From positions 6,690-70,689 of the forward strand of contig CANGZD010000003.1 in the NCBI GenBank assembly GCA_947458875.1: 64,000 nt of DNA. The letters run 5' to 3'. Made by a program: the position numbers and the translations under genes. Numbering within the stretch: the stretch's first letter is position 1; every line of letters starts with the position of its first letter. The notes under the pieces are model-generated. The model searched no databases. It was given only the letters and a program-made list of their open reading frames with translations, and was not told where the DNA came from. The DNA comes from Sphingobacteriaceae bacterium. GTDB lineage: Bacteria > Bacteroidota > Bacteroidia > Sphingobacteriales > Sphingobacteriaceae. Below are positions 48,200 to 58,325 of the stretch, piece by piece.

Positions 48200-49447
48200 T
48201 TATGCGTAATCTTCTTTCAACAATTTATGAAGCATAATGAGCGCACTGATGGCAGAACGTTCAATATTTTCTTTTCTTTTGTTACCAAACTGAAATTTCC
48301 TACTCATCGTTTTTGTTTTATTAGCTACCGCGATCCATACAGTACCCACTGGTTTCTCAGGCATTCCTCCATCCGGCCCTGCAATACCGCTGATAGAAAC
48401 AGAATAATCGGCCTGGTAACGATTAATTACTCCTCTCGCCATTTCTTCCACCACTTCGGCACTTACTGCACCATGTTGAGTAAGGGTTTCATGCTTCACG
48501 TCCAACATGCTCTCTTTCATATCGTATGAATAAGCCACTGCACTACCTGCAAAAACGGAACTACAACCAGGGTGTTGGGTAATTTGATGAGCAAGGTAAC
48601 CTCCGGTGCAACTTTCTGCTATGGCAAGTTTTAAATTCCGTTTCTCCATGAAATCTAAGATCACCTTTTCAATAGAGATATCAGTATCGCTGATTAAATA
48701 GGGTGAAATCTGCTTTTTGATTTCGGTAGCTATCAAATTTACTTCATTTTCTAAAGTAGCTTGGTCTGTTCCATAAGCACTTAATCTTAAGCGTACCTGA
48801 CCCAATTTTGGTAGATAGGCCAGTTTAATGTGTTTAGGTAAAACATCTTCGATGGCGCTGATTTTTTCAGCAAGAAAAGATTCACCAATTCCGGCTGTAA
48901 GCATGGTACAGTGAACAATATGAGGAAGTTTAAATTGTTGTTTAATTCGTGGGATGACCTCCTCTTCCATCAAATACTTCATCTCAAAAGGTACACCAGG
49001 CAAAGAAATGATCAATTTATCTTCATCTTCAAACCACATGCCAGGGGCCGTACCATTTTTATTCGGGAGTACCAGACAGTTTTCAGGCACCTCTGCCTGA
49101 GCGATGTTTACAGGTAAAAGAGGCGCCTTGAAACGCTCAAACAATGTTTTAACCTGCACTAAGGTTCCTTCATCTTGCTTAAAGCCAACTTCGAAATAGT
49201 CTGCCAGGGTTTTCTTGGTGATATCATCTTTTGTTGGACCTAAGCCACCGGTAATGATCACCAAATCTGCCCGATTGACCGCCGCTCTCAAAGTTGAAAG
49301 GATATCATTTCGATCGTCTGAAATAGAACTAATTTGTTTAACTGAAATTCCTATTTCATTCAGCTTTTGACCTATCCAAGCAGAATTAGTATCCACTACC
49401 TGTCCGATTAAAATTTCATCACCTATGGTTATAATTTCCGCCTGCAT
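48200..49447 (-). CDS. cinA: CinA-family protein (MoCF-binding domain plus NMN amidohydrolase domain)
   Basis: MQAEIITIGDEILIGQVVDTNSAWI N-terminus and a C-terminal PncC-like domain. Confidence 0.85.
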   Translation of the reverse strand: MQAEIITIGDEILIGQVVDTNSAWIGQKLNEIGISVKQISSISDDRNDILSTLRAAVNRADLVIITGGLGPTKDDITKKTLADYFEVGFKQDEGTLVQVKTLFERFKAPLLPVNIAQAEVPENCLVLPNKNGTAPGMWFEDEDKLIISLPGVPFEMKYLMEEEVIPRIKQQFKLPHIVHCTMLTAGIGESFLAEKISAIEDVLPKHIKLAYLPKLGQVRLRLSAYGTDQATLENEVNLIATEIKKQISPYLISDTDISIEKVILDFMEKRNLKLAIAESCTGGYLAHQITQHPGCSSVFAGSAVAYSYDMKESMLDVKHETLTQHGAVSAEVVEEMARGVINRYQADYSVSISGIAGPDGGMPEKPVGTVWIAVANKTKTMSRKFQFGNKRKENIERSAISALIMLHKLLKEDYA

Positions 49448-49448
49448 A

Positions 49449-52022
49449 TTAAAAATTACTAAAAAAGTCTCGTCTTTTGCTCAGTTTCAAATCTTGTAAA
49501 ATAGATGCTTTTACCCTTAAATCAACGGTGTAGCTTCTGAAAGTTCCAAAAGGTATCCAACCAAAGGAAAGATCCCAGCAATGTAAATCACGATAAATAG
49601 ATACTTGTGTTAAGCTGATCTTCTTCTGTTGAAAATCCCATCCCGAATTATAGACCACTTTCCATTTAGGGGTTACACTAAAATCACCATTGAAGTTAAG
49701 AGTGTTGGTGGTATTGCCAATCAATCCAAATTTAGAGTAATTGAAGCTATAAGAAGCCCTAAAATTCCAAGGAATGTTAAAATCCACAAAAGCATTTCCA
49801 TCACGATTCAGTAAATCTAATTGATTTGCCTGCCCTGGATTTAAATTACTTAGACTATTATTCTGATTGATGTTTGTTTGTTTTTTATTCGATTGTGAAT
49901 TCAGACTAAAGTCCAGTGAAAATCCAAAATTGGTTACTCTTGGTAGTTTACCCGAACTGAAAGTATATTTATCGATCCTCCTTCCCAAATCATTTACCAT
50001 GTAGGGATCGAAGGTACCGAAGAAGTTAATTCCCATTTTTTGTTTAAAAAGGGCAGTTCGGCCGGAAAAAACGATGGGCGACAATTTGAAGGAATCGAGG
50101 GCAAAATTGTAATTCCCTGAAAAAGTTAAACCTTGTAGTATGGGGATTTTTTCGGATTTACCCGTTGAGTCACCTTTAGACTTGAGTTTAGCTTCAATGT
50201 TATTATCTATGCTGAAACCAATTCCAGCAACTCTCCCCCTACTAGGAAAACCAAATACTCCTTGCTCAAAATAGGAGTACAATGCTTGATCTCCATTAAT
50301 ATTTTGTTGCACATTGTCATAAAAGCCGAATCGAGCCGAGCTGAAATCGGGGCGAAAATTAAAACCAATGCTGGGCGTAGCAACATGTCTCAAAGCCATG
50401 AGCCTCCCTTTTTTAAAATTCACCTGGCCATAAAACTTAGTAGTCAAATTACTACTCAAACTATACTCATATGACCGTCTAAATCCTGGAACAGTGTCGA
50501 TAAGTACCTTGTTTTGAACAGGATCAAAGTTTTTGCGAATACTGGTTGTATACCAGTTTTCTGTATAATTAACGCCCGAAGTCAGGTTGAAAAACTTGAG
50601 TAGATTAAGTGAAAAGTTGACAGGTACAGCATGTTGAAAACCATTCCTAAAGTTCTTGAGACTGGTTTGCTTAAACAGCTGGTTTTCTTTTGTGTCAATA
50701 GAATTAGTGCCTCTTAAACTATAACCTACGTTAAGTCTTTGATACCACTTTTGTTCACCAGTCCTTTTTTTAGAGTCGAAAGGACTGATGGTACTCATGT
50801 TTAAGCTAAATGTGGGTAATTCTAAGAAGACGGTTTTTTGCTGCATATCTTGCCTGTGGCTGATACTGGAGGTAAAGTTGAATAAGCCATCGGCAAAAAC
50901 TTTTCCATAACTAATATTTGATGATAAAGTATTGCGGGTCAATTGATCAAAATTATAGGATCCTTGGGCAGCGGTGTTAGTAAAATAACTGGAAGTACCC
51001 GCATTGACTGATGCAGTGAAGGTGGTTCCAGGATTTGCTTCGGGCCTTTGTGTATGATTCCACTGGATGTTGAAATCTTTAAATGGTTTATAACCGGGTG
51101 TACCTTCAATTCCGGTACGAGTAGATGAATACCTAAAATTAAGGCCTCCATCATATTTATACTTTTTTTGATAACGTGCTGCTGCACTTAAATCATAAGA
51201 ACCACGACTAAATACACTACCACGTAAAGTCATGTCCCAATAATCATTTAAACCGATGTAATAACCAAAATCGCGAATAAAAAACCCCCTAACTGCATCC
51301 TCGCCAAAAGTTGGAAACATAATTCCTGAAGCACGACGATTAGGTTTAGGGAAAAATCCGAAAGGAATACCCGCCGGAAGGGGAACATCTTCAATTTGCA
51401 GAAATGCAGGACCGGTTAAAATTTGTTTTTCAGTTACAATACCTCGAGTAATGAAAATTCCAAAATGGGGATGTTCTAAATTACAGGTGCTGTAAATACC
51501 ATTTTTGAAAAAGCCCTCCTCGTATTCATTTTTTTTGAATTGACGAGCAGTCAAATAACCGCCATCAACCTCCGAGAAAACACCAAATGATTTTCCTTTT
51601 TTGGTTTCTACATTAAAAATCAGAGAATCGGTAGTGATGGGCTGATCTCCACCTTGCTTAAAAATTGGTTTACCCTGATATCGGTTGGTTTGCTTATTGA
51701 TGAGTCCACTAGCAAAAACCGTGTTTGTTTTTTGATCTAAGCGGATAAAATCAGCATCTAATTCAAAATCACCATAAATTACTCTAGCTCTACCATACAA
51801 GTACACAAGGCCATTTTTCTTGTCTACACGTATGGAGTCTTCAGCGCTATATTTTACTTTTGAAGCTTTCTGAGCAGTTTTAGATGACAATTGTACGGTA
51901 GTGTCAGCTTTTATCGTTCTATTTGCCGGAGGATTATCTTGCTGCGCAAATGCGGTGTAAGCACTTCCCATAAAAAGAAAAAGCAGAAGCTTGTTACGAA
52001 AAAGGAGCTTAATAAATTCCAA
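49449..52022 (-). CDS. large outer-membrane protein, LptD/OstA-like
   Basis: 857 aa with a signal peptide, an N-terminal OstA-like region, a long beta-barrel-like region and a C-terminal aromatic residue. Confidence 0.6.
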   Translation of the reverse strand: MEFIKLLFRNKLLLFLFMGSAYTAFAQQDNPPANRTIKADTTVQLSSKTAQKASKVKYSAEDSIRVDKKNGLVYLYGRARVIYGDFELDADFIRLDQKTNTVFASGLINKQTNRYQGKPIFKQGGDQPITTDSLIFNVETKKGKSFGVFSEVDGGYLTARQFKKNEYEEGFFKNGIYSTCNLEHPHFGIFITRGIVTEKQILTGPAFLQIEDVPLPAGIPFGFFPKPNRRASGIMFPTFGEDAVRGFFIRDFGYYIGLNDYWDMTLRGSVFSRGSYDLSAAARYQKKYKYDGGLNFRYSSTRTGIEGTPGYKPFKDFNIQWNHTQRPEANPGTTFTASVNAGTSSYFTNTAAQGSYNFDQLTRNTLSSNISYGKVFADGLFNFTSSISHRQDMQQKTVFLELPTFSLNMSTISPFDSKKRTGEQKWYQRLNVGYSLRGTNSIDTKENQLFKQTSLKNFRNGFQHAVPVNFSLNLLKFFNLTSGVNYTENWYTTSIRKNFDPVQNKVLIDTVPGFRRSYEYSLSSNLTTKFYGQVNFKKGRLMALRHVATPSIGFNFRPDFSSARFGFYDNVQQNINGDQALYSYFEQGVFGFPSRGRVAGIGFSIDNNIEAKLKSKGDSTGKSEKIPILQGLTFSGNYNFALDSFKLSPIVFSGRTALFKQKMGINFFGTFDPYMVNDLGRRIDKYTFSSGKLPRVTNFGFSLDFSLNSQSNKKQTNINQNNSLSNLNPGQANQLDLLNRDGNAFVDFNIPWNFRASYSFNYSKFGLIGNTTNTLNFNGDFSVTPKWKVVYNSGWDFQQKKISLTQVSIYRDLHCWDLSFGWIPFGTFRSYTVDLRVKASILQDLKLSKRRDFFSNF

Positions 52023-52038
52023 ATTAGCTGATGAATAC

Positions 52039-52046
52039 TATTTTTG
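52039..52046 (+). promoter_or_regulatory. -7 promoter element (TAnnTTTG) for the amidase gene
   Basis: TATTTTTG lies 32 nt upstream of the ATG at 52079. Because it is inside the longer track ORF, it supports the downstream start. Confidence 0.4.
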
Positions 52047-52070
52047 TAAATCTTATCACAAAAAATCGAT

Positions 52071-52078
52071 CAAAATTA
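52071..52078 (-). promoter_or_regulatory. possible -7 promoter element for the LptD-like gene
   Basis: Plus-strand CAAAATTA lies 48 nt upstream of the start at 52022. Confidence 0.3.
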
Positions 52079-52957
52079 ATGAAAATAATCCCATTCATCA
52101 GACCGATTTATGGATTGTTAACGGTTCTACTGCTTTTATCTGTATATTCCTTTGCAAATACAGGGCCTGATATACCCTATCGCATCCGAACTATCGTGGT
52201 TGATGCAGGACATGGGGGGCAGGATGGAGCCACCAAGGGCTTGATTTCAAAAGAGAAAGATGTGGCTTTGGCTGTGGCGCTTAAACTTGGAAAAGCTATT
52301 GAAGAATCATTAAAAGATGTGAAAGTGGTTTATACCCGAACTAGCGACGTTTTCGTTCCTTTATATGAACGAATTGGTATCGCAAACCGAGTTAAAGCTG
52401 ATTTATTCATTTCTATTCATTGCAACTCGATGCCTATTTATACCAAAAAGGTTGTTAATGGTTATCGAACCAATAGTAAAGGAAGAAGAGTTCCTACTTA
52501 TTCAACGGTAAGTACTCAAAGTACTAGCACCAGCGGTACCGAAACCTTCGTTTCAGGTTTTGGACGATTGGATGAACAAGATATTGCGATTAGAGAAAAT
52601 GCTTCAATCTTGTTAGAAAAGGATTATAAGGAAAATTATGAAGGATACGATCCTAATGATCCGGAAAGTATCATTATGTTTTCTTTCCTGAAAAATGGTT
52701 TTAGAGAGCAAAGTATAAAACTGGCCACATTTATGCAGGAAGAATACAGTAAATCGGGCAGACCAGACCGTGGTGTAAAGGAAAAGTCATTAGCCGTGTT
52801 AGCTCGTGCGGGTATGCCTGCTGTTTTAACCGAAATTGGATTTATTTCTAATCCGGATGAGGAAATCTATATGAATTCTGAAACTGGCCAAGCAGATATC
52901 GTAAACTCTATGTTGAGAGCAATTCAAACCTATAAGAAGCAGGTTGAAATTGAATAG
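52079..52957 (+). CDS. N-acetylmuramoyl-L-alanine amidase (Amidase_3)
   Basis: VVDAGHGGQDGA zinc motif. The signal peptide begins at MKIIPFIRP. Confidence 0.8.
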   Translation: MKIIPFIRPIYGLLTVLLLLSVYSFANTGPDIPYRIRTIVVDAGHGGQDGATKGLISKEKDVALAVALKLGKAIEESLKDVKVVYTRTSDVFVPLYERIGIANRVKADLFISIHCNSMPIYTKKVVNGYRTNSKGRRVPTYSTVSTQSTSTSGTETFVSGFGRLDEQDIAIRENASILLEKDYKENYEGYDPNDPESIIMFSFLKNGFREQSIKLATFMQEEYSKSGRPDRGVKEKSLAVLARAGMPAVLTEIGFISNPDEEIYMNSETGQADIVNSMLRAIQTYKKQVEIE

Positions 52958-52978
52958 TATTGATTTAAATTATAAAAA

Positions 52979-53887
52979 TTGAAAATTTCTAACGAAACCA
53001 AGGTCGGTATTTTTGCAACTGTAGCCATTACGGTTCTCATTTTGGGATATAGTTTCTTGAAGGGGATGGATTTGTTCACAACCGATGATGAGTATTATGC
53101 AGTTTACGATAAAATTGATGGCTTAACGGTTTCAAAACCAGTTTATGTAAATGGCTTCCAGGTTGGTAGGGTTTCAAAACTCAATCTTACTCCCCAGGGA
53201 AAGATCATTGCTGAATTTAGAATTGACCCGAGTTACCATGTTCCTAAAAACACCACCGCACAACTTGAAAATACTGATTTATTGGGCGGCAAGGCTGTTA
53301 TTTTTTATTTAGGCGACAGTAAAGATTTTGCTGTAGATGGCGATACACTCTTGGGTACCAATCAAGCTGGCTTAATGGATCAATTGAAACCGGTACAAGA
53401 GAAAGCAGGCTTAATTGCAAGCCGTATGGATTCTGTTTTAAATAGTCTAAATCAAACGCTCAATCCACAGTTCCAACGCAATTTCAGTCAAAGTTTTAGC
53501 AGCATTGCCCAAACGCTTCGAACACTTGAAGGCACCAGTCGAAAAGTAGATGGATTAGTGAATGCACAAAGCAAGCGAATTGGAGATATTCTTGTTAACC
53601 TGGAATCGATGTCGGCCAATTTGAAAAAAATTAGTGCAGAAGGAGCAGAAGCTAACTTGGGCGAAACCCTCCTCAGTGCAAATAAAGCAGTGAACGAACT
53701 GCAGCAAGTGATTAATAAAATAAATGCAGGACAAGGAAGTTTAGGACTATTGGTCAATGATCAAAACTTATATAACAACCTCAATCAGGCTGCAGCTAAT
53801 TTAGATCAATTGATGATTGATTTAAAAGCAAACCCCAAACGTTATGTTCACTTTTCGATTTTCGGAAAAGGATCGAAAACTAAATAA
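52979..53887 (+). CDS. mlaD: MlaD/MCE-domain protein
   Basis: N-terminal anchor ETKVGIFATV.. plus an MCE domain and a coiled-coil C-terminus. TTG start. Confidence 0.7.
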   Translation: MKISNETKVGIFATVAITVLILGYSFLKGMDLFTTDDEYYAVYDKIDGLTVSKPVYVNGFQVGRVSKLNLTPQGKIIAEFRIDPSYHVPKNTTAQLENTDLLGGKAVIFYLGDSKDFAVDGDTLLGTNQAGLMDQLKPVQEKAGLIASRMDSVLNSLNQTLNPQFQRNFSQSFSSIAQTLRTLEGTSRKVDGLVNAQSKRIGDILVNLESMSANLKKISAEGAEANLGETLLSANKAVNELQQVINKINAGQGSLGLLVNDQNLYNNLNQAAANLDQLMIDLKANPKRYVHFSIFGKGSKTK

Positions 53888-54794
53888 TTTCGAATTTCTG
53901 GCCTTCAATTGCCAAGGCTGTGTTTTGGAATACGGATTTAGCCTCCTCCAAAAGTGGATTTAAATCTCGATAACGAGCCGAAAAATGACCAATCAAGAGT
54001 TGTTTTACTCCTGCCCTCTTTGCTATCTCTCCTGCTTGCAAGGCAGTTGTATGAAAGGTTTCTTCGGCACGAGCCAACATATCGTGCATAAAGGTAGATT
54101 CATGGTACAGTAAATTCACACCTTTAATCTGATCGAGGTACGACCAGTCGCATATCGTGTCAGAGCAATACGCATAGCTACGTTCCTCTTCAGGCGGTAA
54201 AGTCAAATCTTCAGGTTGATGAACTTTTCCAGTTGAATCGGTAAATGGAAAGCCTTTTTTTATCAATTGACGCTGTTCGGGTGGTATTTGTAGGGCTTCT
54301 ACTTTATCCATCCGGATCTTGGGTAAACGCTTTTTCAGGGTAAATTTAAAACCAGTACAAGCGATCCGGTGACTAAGCGGTATAGTTTCCACCAACACAT
54401 CCTGGTTTTCGAATAAAAGTTTATACTGATTTGTCGATGTTGGCTTAAATTCTAAGTTAAATCTGAGAATGGTGAGTGAGTGTTTCAATTGAAGATCGAC
54501 GATCTCTTTTAATTCGGGTGGGCCAAAAAGCTTCAAGGGCTTTTTTCGGCCATTCAAATTCATGGAGGAAATTAATCCTACCAAACCAAGATAATGGTCG
54601 CCATGTAAATGGCTGATGAAGATGTGATCTATCTTTTGAAATTTACAATTGAAACGAAGCAATTGTTGCTGCGTACCTTCGCCACAATCAATGAGGTAAA
54701 TTTTTTCATTGATGTTAAGTAATTGAGCGGTAGGATTCCTGTTATAAATTGGTGTAGCCGAACTGCTTCCTAAAATGGTAAGCTCAAACTTCAT
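53880..54794 (-). CDS. rnz: ribonuclease Z
   Basis: Metallo-beta-lactamase motif HLHGDH and 304 aa length. Confidence 0.85.
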   Translation of the reverse strand: MKFELTILGSSSATPIYNRNPTAQLLNINEKIYLIDCGEGTQQQLLRFNCKFQKIDHIFISHLHGDHYLGLVGLISSMNLNGRKKPLKLFGPPELKEIVDLQLKHSLTILRFNLEFKPTSTNQYKLLFENQDVLVETIPLSHRIACTGFKFTLKKRLPKIRMDKVEALQIPPEQRQLIKKGFPFTDSTGKVHQPEDLTLPPEEERSYAYCSDTICDWSYLDQIKGVNLLYHESTFMHDMLARAEETFHTTALQAGEIAKRAGVKQLLIGHFSARYRDLNPLLEEAKSVFQNTALAIEGQKFEII

Positions 54795-54808
54795 TCAGTT
54801 TCTGGAAA

Positions 54809-55186
54809 TTAGCGTGTTTCATTTTTTAGCTCTTTCTCAATTTCCTCCATAAAAATGAGATCGATGGCTTCATCATTGCTGGGTACAATATTTAACACCT
54901 CTTCTAATTGAGAAATATGAATGAGTTTAGAAATGGTCTCGTTCAAATTGGTTAAGATGAAGATCCCATTGGCGCTTTTACAAATACGATGACCCACCAA
55001 TAAGCTACCTAATCCAGAAGAATCAGAATATTTAACTACAGAGAGATCTAAAACAATGTTTCTCTGACCTTCTGTATTGATCAAAATCAACTCAGACTTA
55101 AGTTTAGGTGAAATTAAACTATTCAGCTTGGGTTCATCCAACCTGAAGATTACATATTTATCGTGCTTGTCAATCGTGAATTTCAT
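54809..55186 (-). CDS. STAS-domain protein (anti-sigma-factor antagonist-like)
   Basis: 125 aa with DLSVVKYSDSSGLGSL, typical of SpoIIAA-like STAS domains. Confidence 0.7.
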   Translation of the reverse strand: MKFTIDKHDKYVIFRLDEPKLNSLISPKLKSELILINTEGQRNIVLDLSVVKYSDSSGLGSLLVGHRICKSANGIFILTNLNETISKLIHISQLEEVLNIVPSNDEAIDLIFMEEIEKELKNETR

Positions 55187-55222
55187 CTCTATCTAAGATA
55201 GTTAAAAAATTGTTATCATCAA

Positions 55223-56179
55223 TTATTTTTTTGAGAGTTGGTTTAAACTTTTAAGAATTTGTTGATGAATCCTGTCGAGTACATTATCACCTTCTGCCCT
55301 AACAAAAGGCTCACCAATGATTTGCTCGTAAAGTTCAATGTATCGATCTGAGATGGTTTGAATCCACTCTTTGCTCATTGCGGGAACTTGCTGACCGTCT
55401 TTACCTTGAAAACCATTTTCAATTAACCATTTTCTTACAAATTCTTTAGAAAGTTGTCGTTGTGGTTCATTTCGGTCCTGACGATCTTGATAGCCATCGG
55501 CATAAAAGTAACGCGATGAATCTGGCGTATGGATTTCATCAATTAATAAGATAGTTCCATCTTCCGTTTTACCAAATTCATATTTAGTATCTACCAATAT
55601 CAGACCTCTTGCTGCAGCCATTTCAGTTCCCCTTGTGTAAAGGGCTCTGGTATATTGTTCCAATTGCAAGTAATCGGCCTCCGTAACAATTCCTCTCGAT
55701 AAGATTTCTTCTCTTGAAATATCCTCATCATGGCCAAATGCAGCCTTGGTGGTTGGGGTAATGATGGGTGAAGGCAATCGATCATTTTCTTTCAATCCAT
55801 CTGGTAATGCTACGCCGCAAACGGATCTTTTCCCTGCTTCGTATTCTCTCCAGGCATGGCCGGCAAGGTATCCCCTGATTACCATTTCGACTTTATAAGG
55901 CTGACAAATACGGCCGATCGTAACGGTAGGATCGGGAACATCAATGACCCAATTTGGGACAATATCGCTGGTGGCTTTTAGAAACTTGGCAGCAATTTGA
56001 TTAAGTACTTGTCCTTTGTAGGGAATGGGCTCGGGTAAAACCACATCGAAAGCAGAAATACGATCAGTCACCACCATCACCAAAAATTGGTCTTCAATGG
56101 TATACACATCTCTTACTTTACCCTTGTAGAAGGCAGTTTGACCAGGTAATTGAAAATTGGTTTCCTTAAATGCAGCCAT
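55223..56179 (-). CDS. purC: phosphoribosylaminoimidazole-succinocarboxamide synthase
   Basis: Long-form SAICAR synthetase (YKGKVRDVY.., ..LVDTKYEFG..). Confidence 0.9.
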   Translation of the reverse strand: MAAFKETNFQLPGQTAFYKGKVRDVYTIEDQFLVMVVTDRISAFDVVLPEPIPYKGQVLNQIAAKFLKATSDIVPNWVIDVPDPTVTIGRICQPYKVEMVIRGYLAGHAWREYEAGKRSVCGVALPDGLKENDRLPSPIITPTTKAAFGHDEDISREEILSRGIVTEADYLQLEQYTRALYTRGTEMAAARGLILVDTKYEFGKTEDGTILLIDEIHTPDSSRYFYADGYQDRQDRNEPQRQLSKEFVRKWLIENGFQGKDGQQVPAMSKEWIQTISDRYIELYEQIIGEPFVRAEGDNVLDRIHQQILKSLNQLSKK

Positions 56180-56186
56180 GTTTATA

Positions 56187-57146
56187 TTATTTCTGAATAT
56201 CTCCGTAAGCTTCTAAAATACGTTTTACTAATTTATGTCTAACCACATCTTCTCCACTTAAATAAATGATATCAATGCCCTTTATTTCCGGTAGAATTCT
56301 GAGGGCTGTATGCAGACCAGATTGCTGGACTTTGGGAAGATCTATCTGTGTGGCATCGCCGGTCACAATAAACTTAGCAGTTGGACCCATACGAGTTAAA
56401 AACATCTTCAATTGCATGTCAGTGGCATTTTGGGCTTCGTCCAAAATCACGAAACAGTTATCTAAAGTACGTCCACGCATAAAAGCCAGGGGAGCAATTT
56501 CAATGGTTCGGTTTTCGAGATAGAGCTTCAATTTCTCTGCGGGGATCATATCGTCCAAAGCATCGTATAGCGGACGCAGATAAGGATCGATCTTCTCTTT
56601 CAAATCCCCAGGTAAAAAACCCAGATTCTCCCCTGCTTCTACGGCCGGACGAGTAAGAATGATGCGCTTAACTTCTTTATTTTTCAGAGCCCTAACTGCC
56701 AATGCAACAGCGGTATAGGTTTTACCGGTACCAGCTGGGCCAATGGCAAATATGATGTCATTTTTCTGAATGCTATCCACCATGCGGCGCTGATTGGCTG
56801 TTCTGGCCTTTACCACAATGCCGTTCGGCCCAAAGACGATGGGTTCACTGCCATTAATTTTGTCTGGACCGGATTCAGAATCATTAGATGAATTACTGGC
56901 GCCCAATAGGTGTTCAATTTCGTTAGAATTGAGCTGCTGGAATTTGTCGGTGTGCTGGAGTATCTCTTGAAACTTTTGTTGAAATTGGCTCAACTCCTTT
57001 TCGTCTCCGAGTACTTTTACTTCATTTCCCCGTGCAACGATCTTGATTTTTGGATAATGCTTTTTTAAAATTTCGAAATTTTCATTTTTCGGCCCCCAAA
57101 GCATTACGGGGTTTACATTTTCGAGGGTGATGATCAGTTCGTTCAA
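56187..57146 (-). CDS. phoH: PhoH-family ATPase
   Basis: Walker [10 protein letters not shown] and Walker B ILDEAQN. Confidence 0.85.
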   Translation of the reverse strand: MNELIITLENVNPVMLWGPKNENFEILKKHYPKIKIVARGNEVKVLGDEKELSQFQQKFQEILQHTDKFQQLNSNEIEHLLGASNSSNDSESGPDKINGSEPIVFGPNGIVVKARTANQRRMVDSIQKNDIIFAIGPAGTGKTYTAVALAVRALKNKEVKRIILTRPAVEAGENLGFLPGDLKEKIDPYLRPLYDALDDMIPAEKLKLYLENRTIEIAPLAFMRGRTLDNCFVILDEAQNATDMQLKMFLTRMGPTAKFIVTGDATQIDLPKVQQSGLHTALRILPEIKGIDIIYLSGEDVVRHKLVKRILEAYGDIQK

Positions 57147-57261
57147 AAGAATAATTTATAAAAATTTACTATTTAAAAATACGTTTTTTTGTGCGATAAA
57201 AATTGAATATTTGTAGGCAATTACCAATAGCAAGAATACTAATAAATATTCATTTTTCTGA

Positions 57262-58041
57262 ATGGGCATCATTACCTTAACTACCGATCTGGGAACTAAA
57301 GACTTCTATCAGGCCGCCCTTAAAGGTAGTTTATTGAAATTGTTGCCAAGCGCTAATTTGGTGGATATCAGTCACGACATTTCTGCGTTTAATATTCCTC
57401 ATGCTGCCTTCGTTTTAAAAAACTCCTTCCACTATTTTCCGAAGGAAACTGTTCACCTCATCGGTATCGACTCTGTTTATCATGAAAATTCCAAATACTT
57501 GGCCCTGCGGTATAAAGATCATTTCTTTGTAGGTTCAGATAATGGGATTTTCTCATTATTATTTGATGAACAGCCAAGTGAAGTGGTAGAAATTAACATC
57601 ATGCAAGATCTTAACTTCCTGCATTTTCCGCTTTCAGATATTTTGGCCAAGGCAGCCTCTCATTTAGCCAAGGGTGGCAAATTGAACGAAATTGGAATCT
57701 CCATCAATGGACTGGAACAAAGGATGACACTGCAGCCGGTAATTGAAGGTGATATCATCCGCGGAAGCGTGATTTACATTGATTCATTCCAAAATGTGAT
57801 CACCAACATCACTAAAGAACTATTTACCAAACAGCAAAAAAACCGGAATTTCAACCTCTTTTTCCGTAGAAACGAATCTATATCTTCACTTAGCTGGCAT
57901 TATAATGAAGTACCAGAAGGTGAAAAACTTTGTTTGTTTGGCATTTCCAACCATTTGGAAATTGCCATCAATAAAGGAAACGCCAGCGGTTTGTTGGGTC
58001 TACACTTGGGCGACATCGTTCGGATTGAATTTCACAAATGA
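57262..58041 (+). CDS. SAM hydroxide adenosyltransferase-like protein (DUF62 family)
   Basis: The N-terminus ITLTTDLGTKDFYQAALKG resembles the DUF62 signature. Confidence 0.65.
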   Translation: MGIITLTTDLGTKDFYQAALKGSLLKLLPSANLVDISHDISAFNIPHAAFVLKNSFHYFPKETVHLIGIDSVYHENSKYLALRYKDHFFVGSDNGIFSLLFDEQPSEVVEINIMQDLNFLHFPLSDILAKAASHLAKGGKLNEIGISINGLEQRMTLQPVIEGDIIRGSVIYIDSFQNVITNITKELFTKQQKNRNFNLFFRRNESISSLSWHYNEVPEGEKLCLFGISNHLEIAINKGNASGLLGLHLGDIVRIEFHK

Positions 58042-58325
58042 TCACCCGAATCGTAAAAATGCATTTCAGGCCTGAGGAAGTGTCCGCTTTTCTCGAAATT
58101 TTCGAAGAGATGAAACAACATATTTCACAAAGTGAAGGTTGTTATGATTTACAACTGCACAGAGATCTAAATGAGCCCAACCAATTTTTCACCATCAGTT
58201 TATGGGAATCTGAACAATTCTTGAATCAATATCGTGAATCTGAATTATTTAAACTGACATGGGCTCGGGTAAAACCACTATTCGCCGAAAAGGCTGTTGC
58301 CTGGACATTAAATAAAATGATGTAA
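58038..58325 (+). CDS. antibiotic-biosynthesis-monooxygenase (ABM)-like small protein
   Basis: 95 aa ferredoxin-like ABM pattern. ATGA overlap with the upstream gene. Confidence 0.55.
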   Translation: MITRIVKMHFRPEEVSAFLEIFEEMKQHISQSEGCYDLQLHRDLNEPNQFFTISLWESEQFLNQYRESELFKLTWARVKPLFAEKAVAWTLNKMM

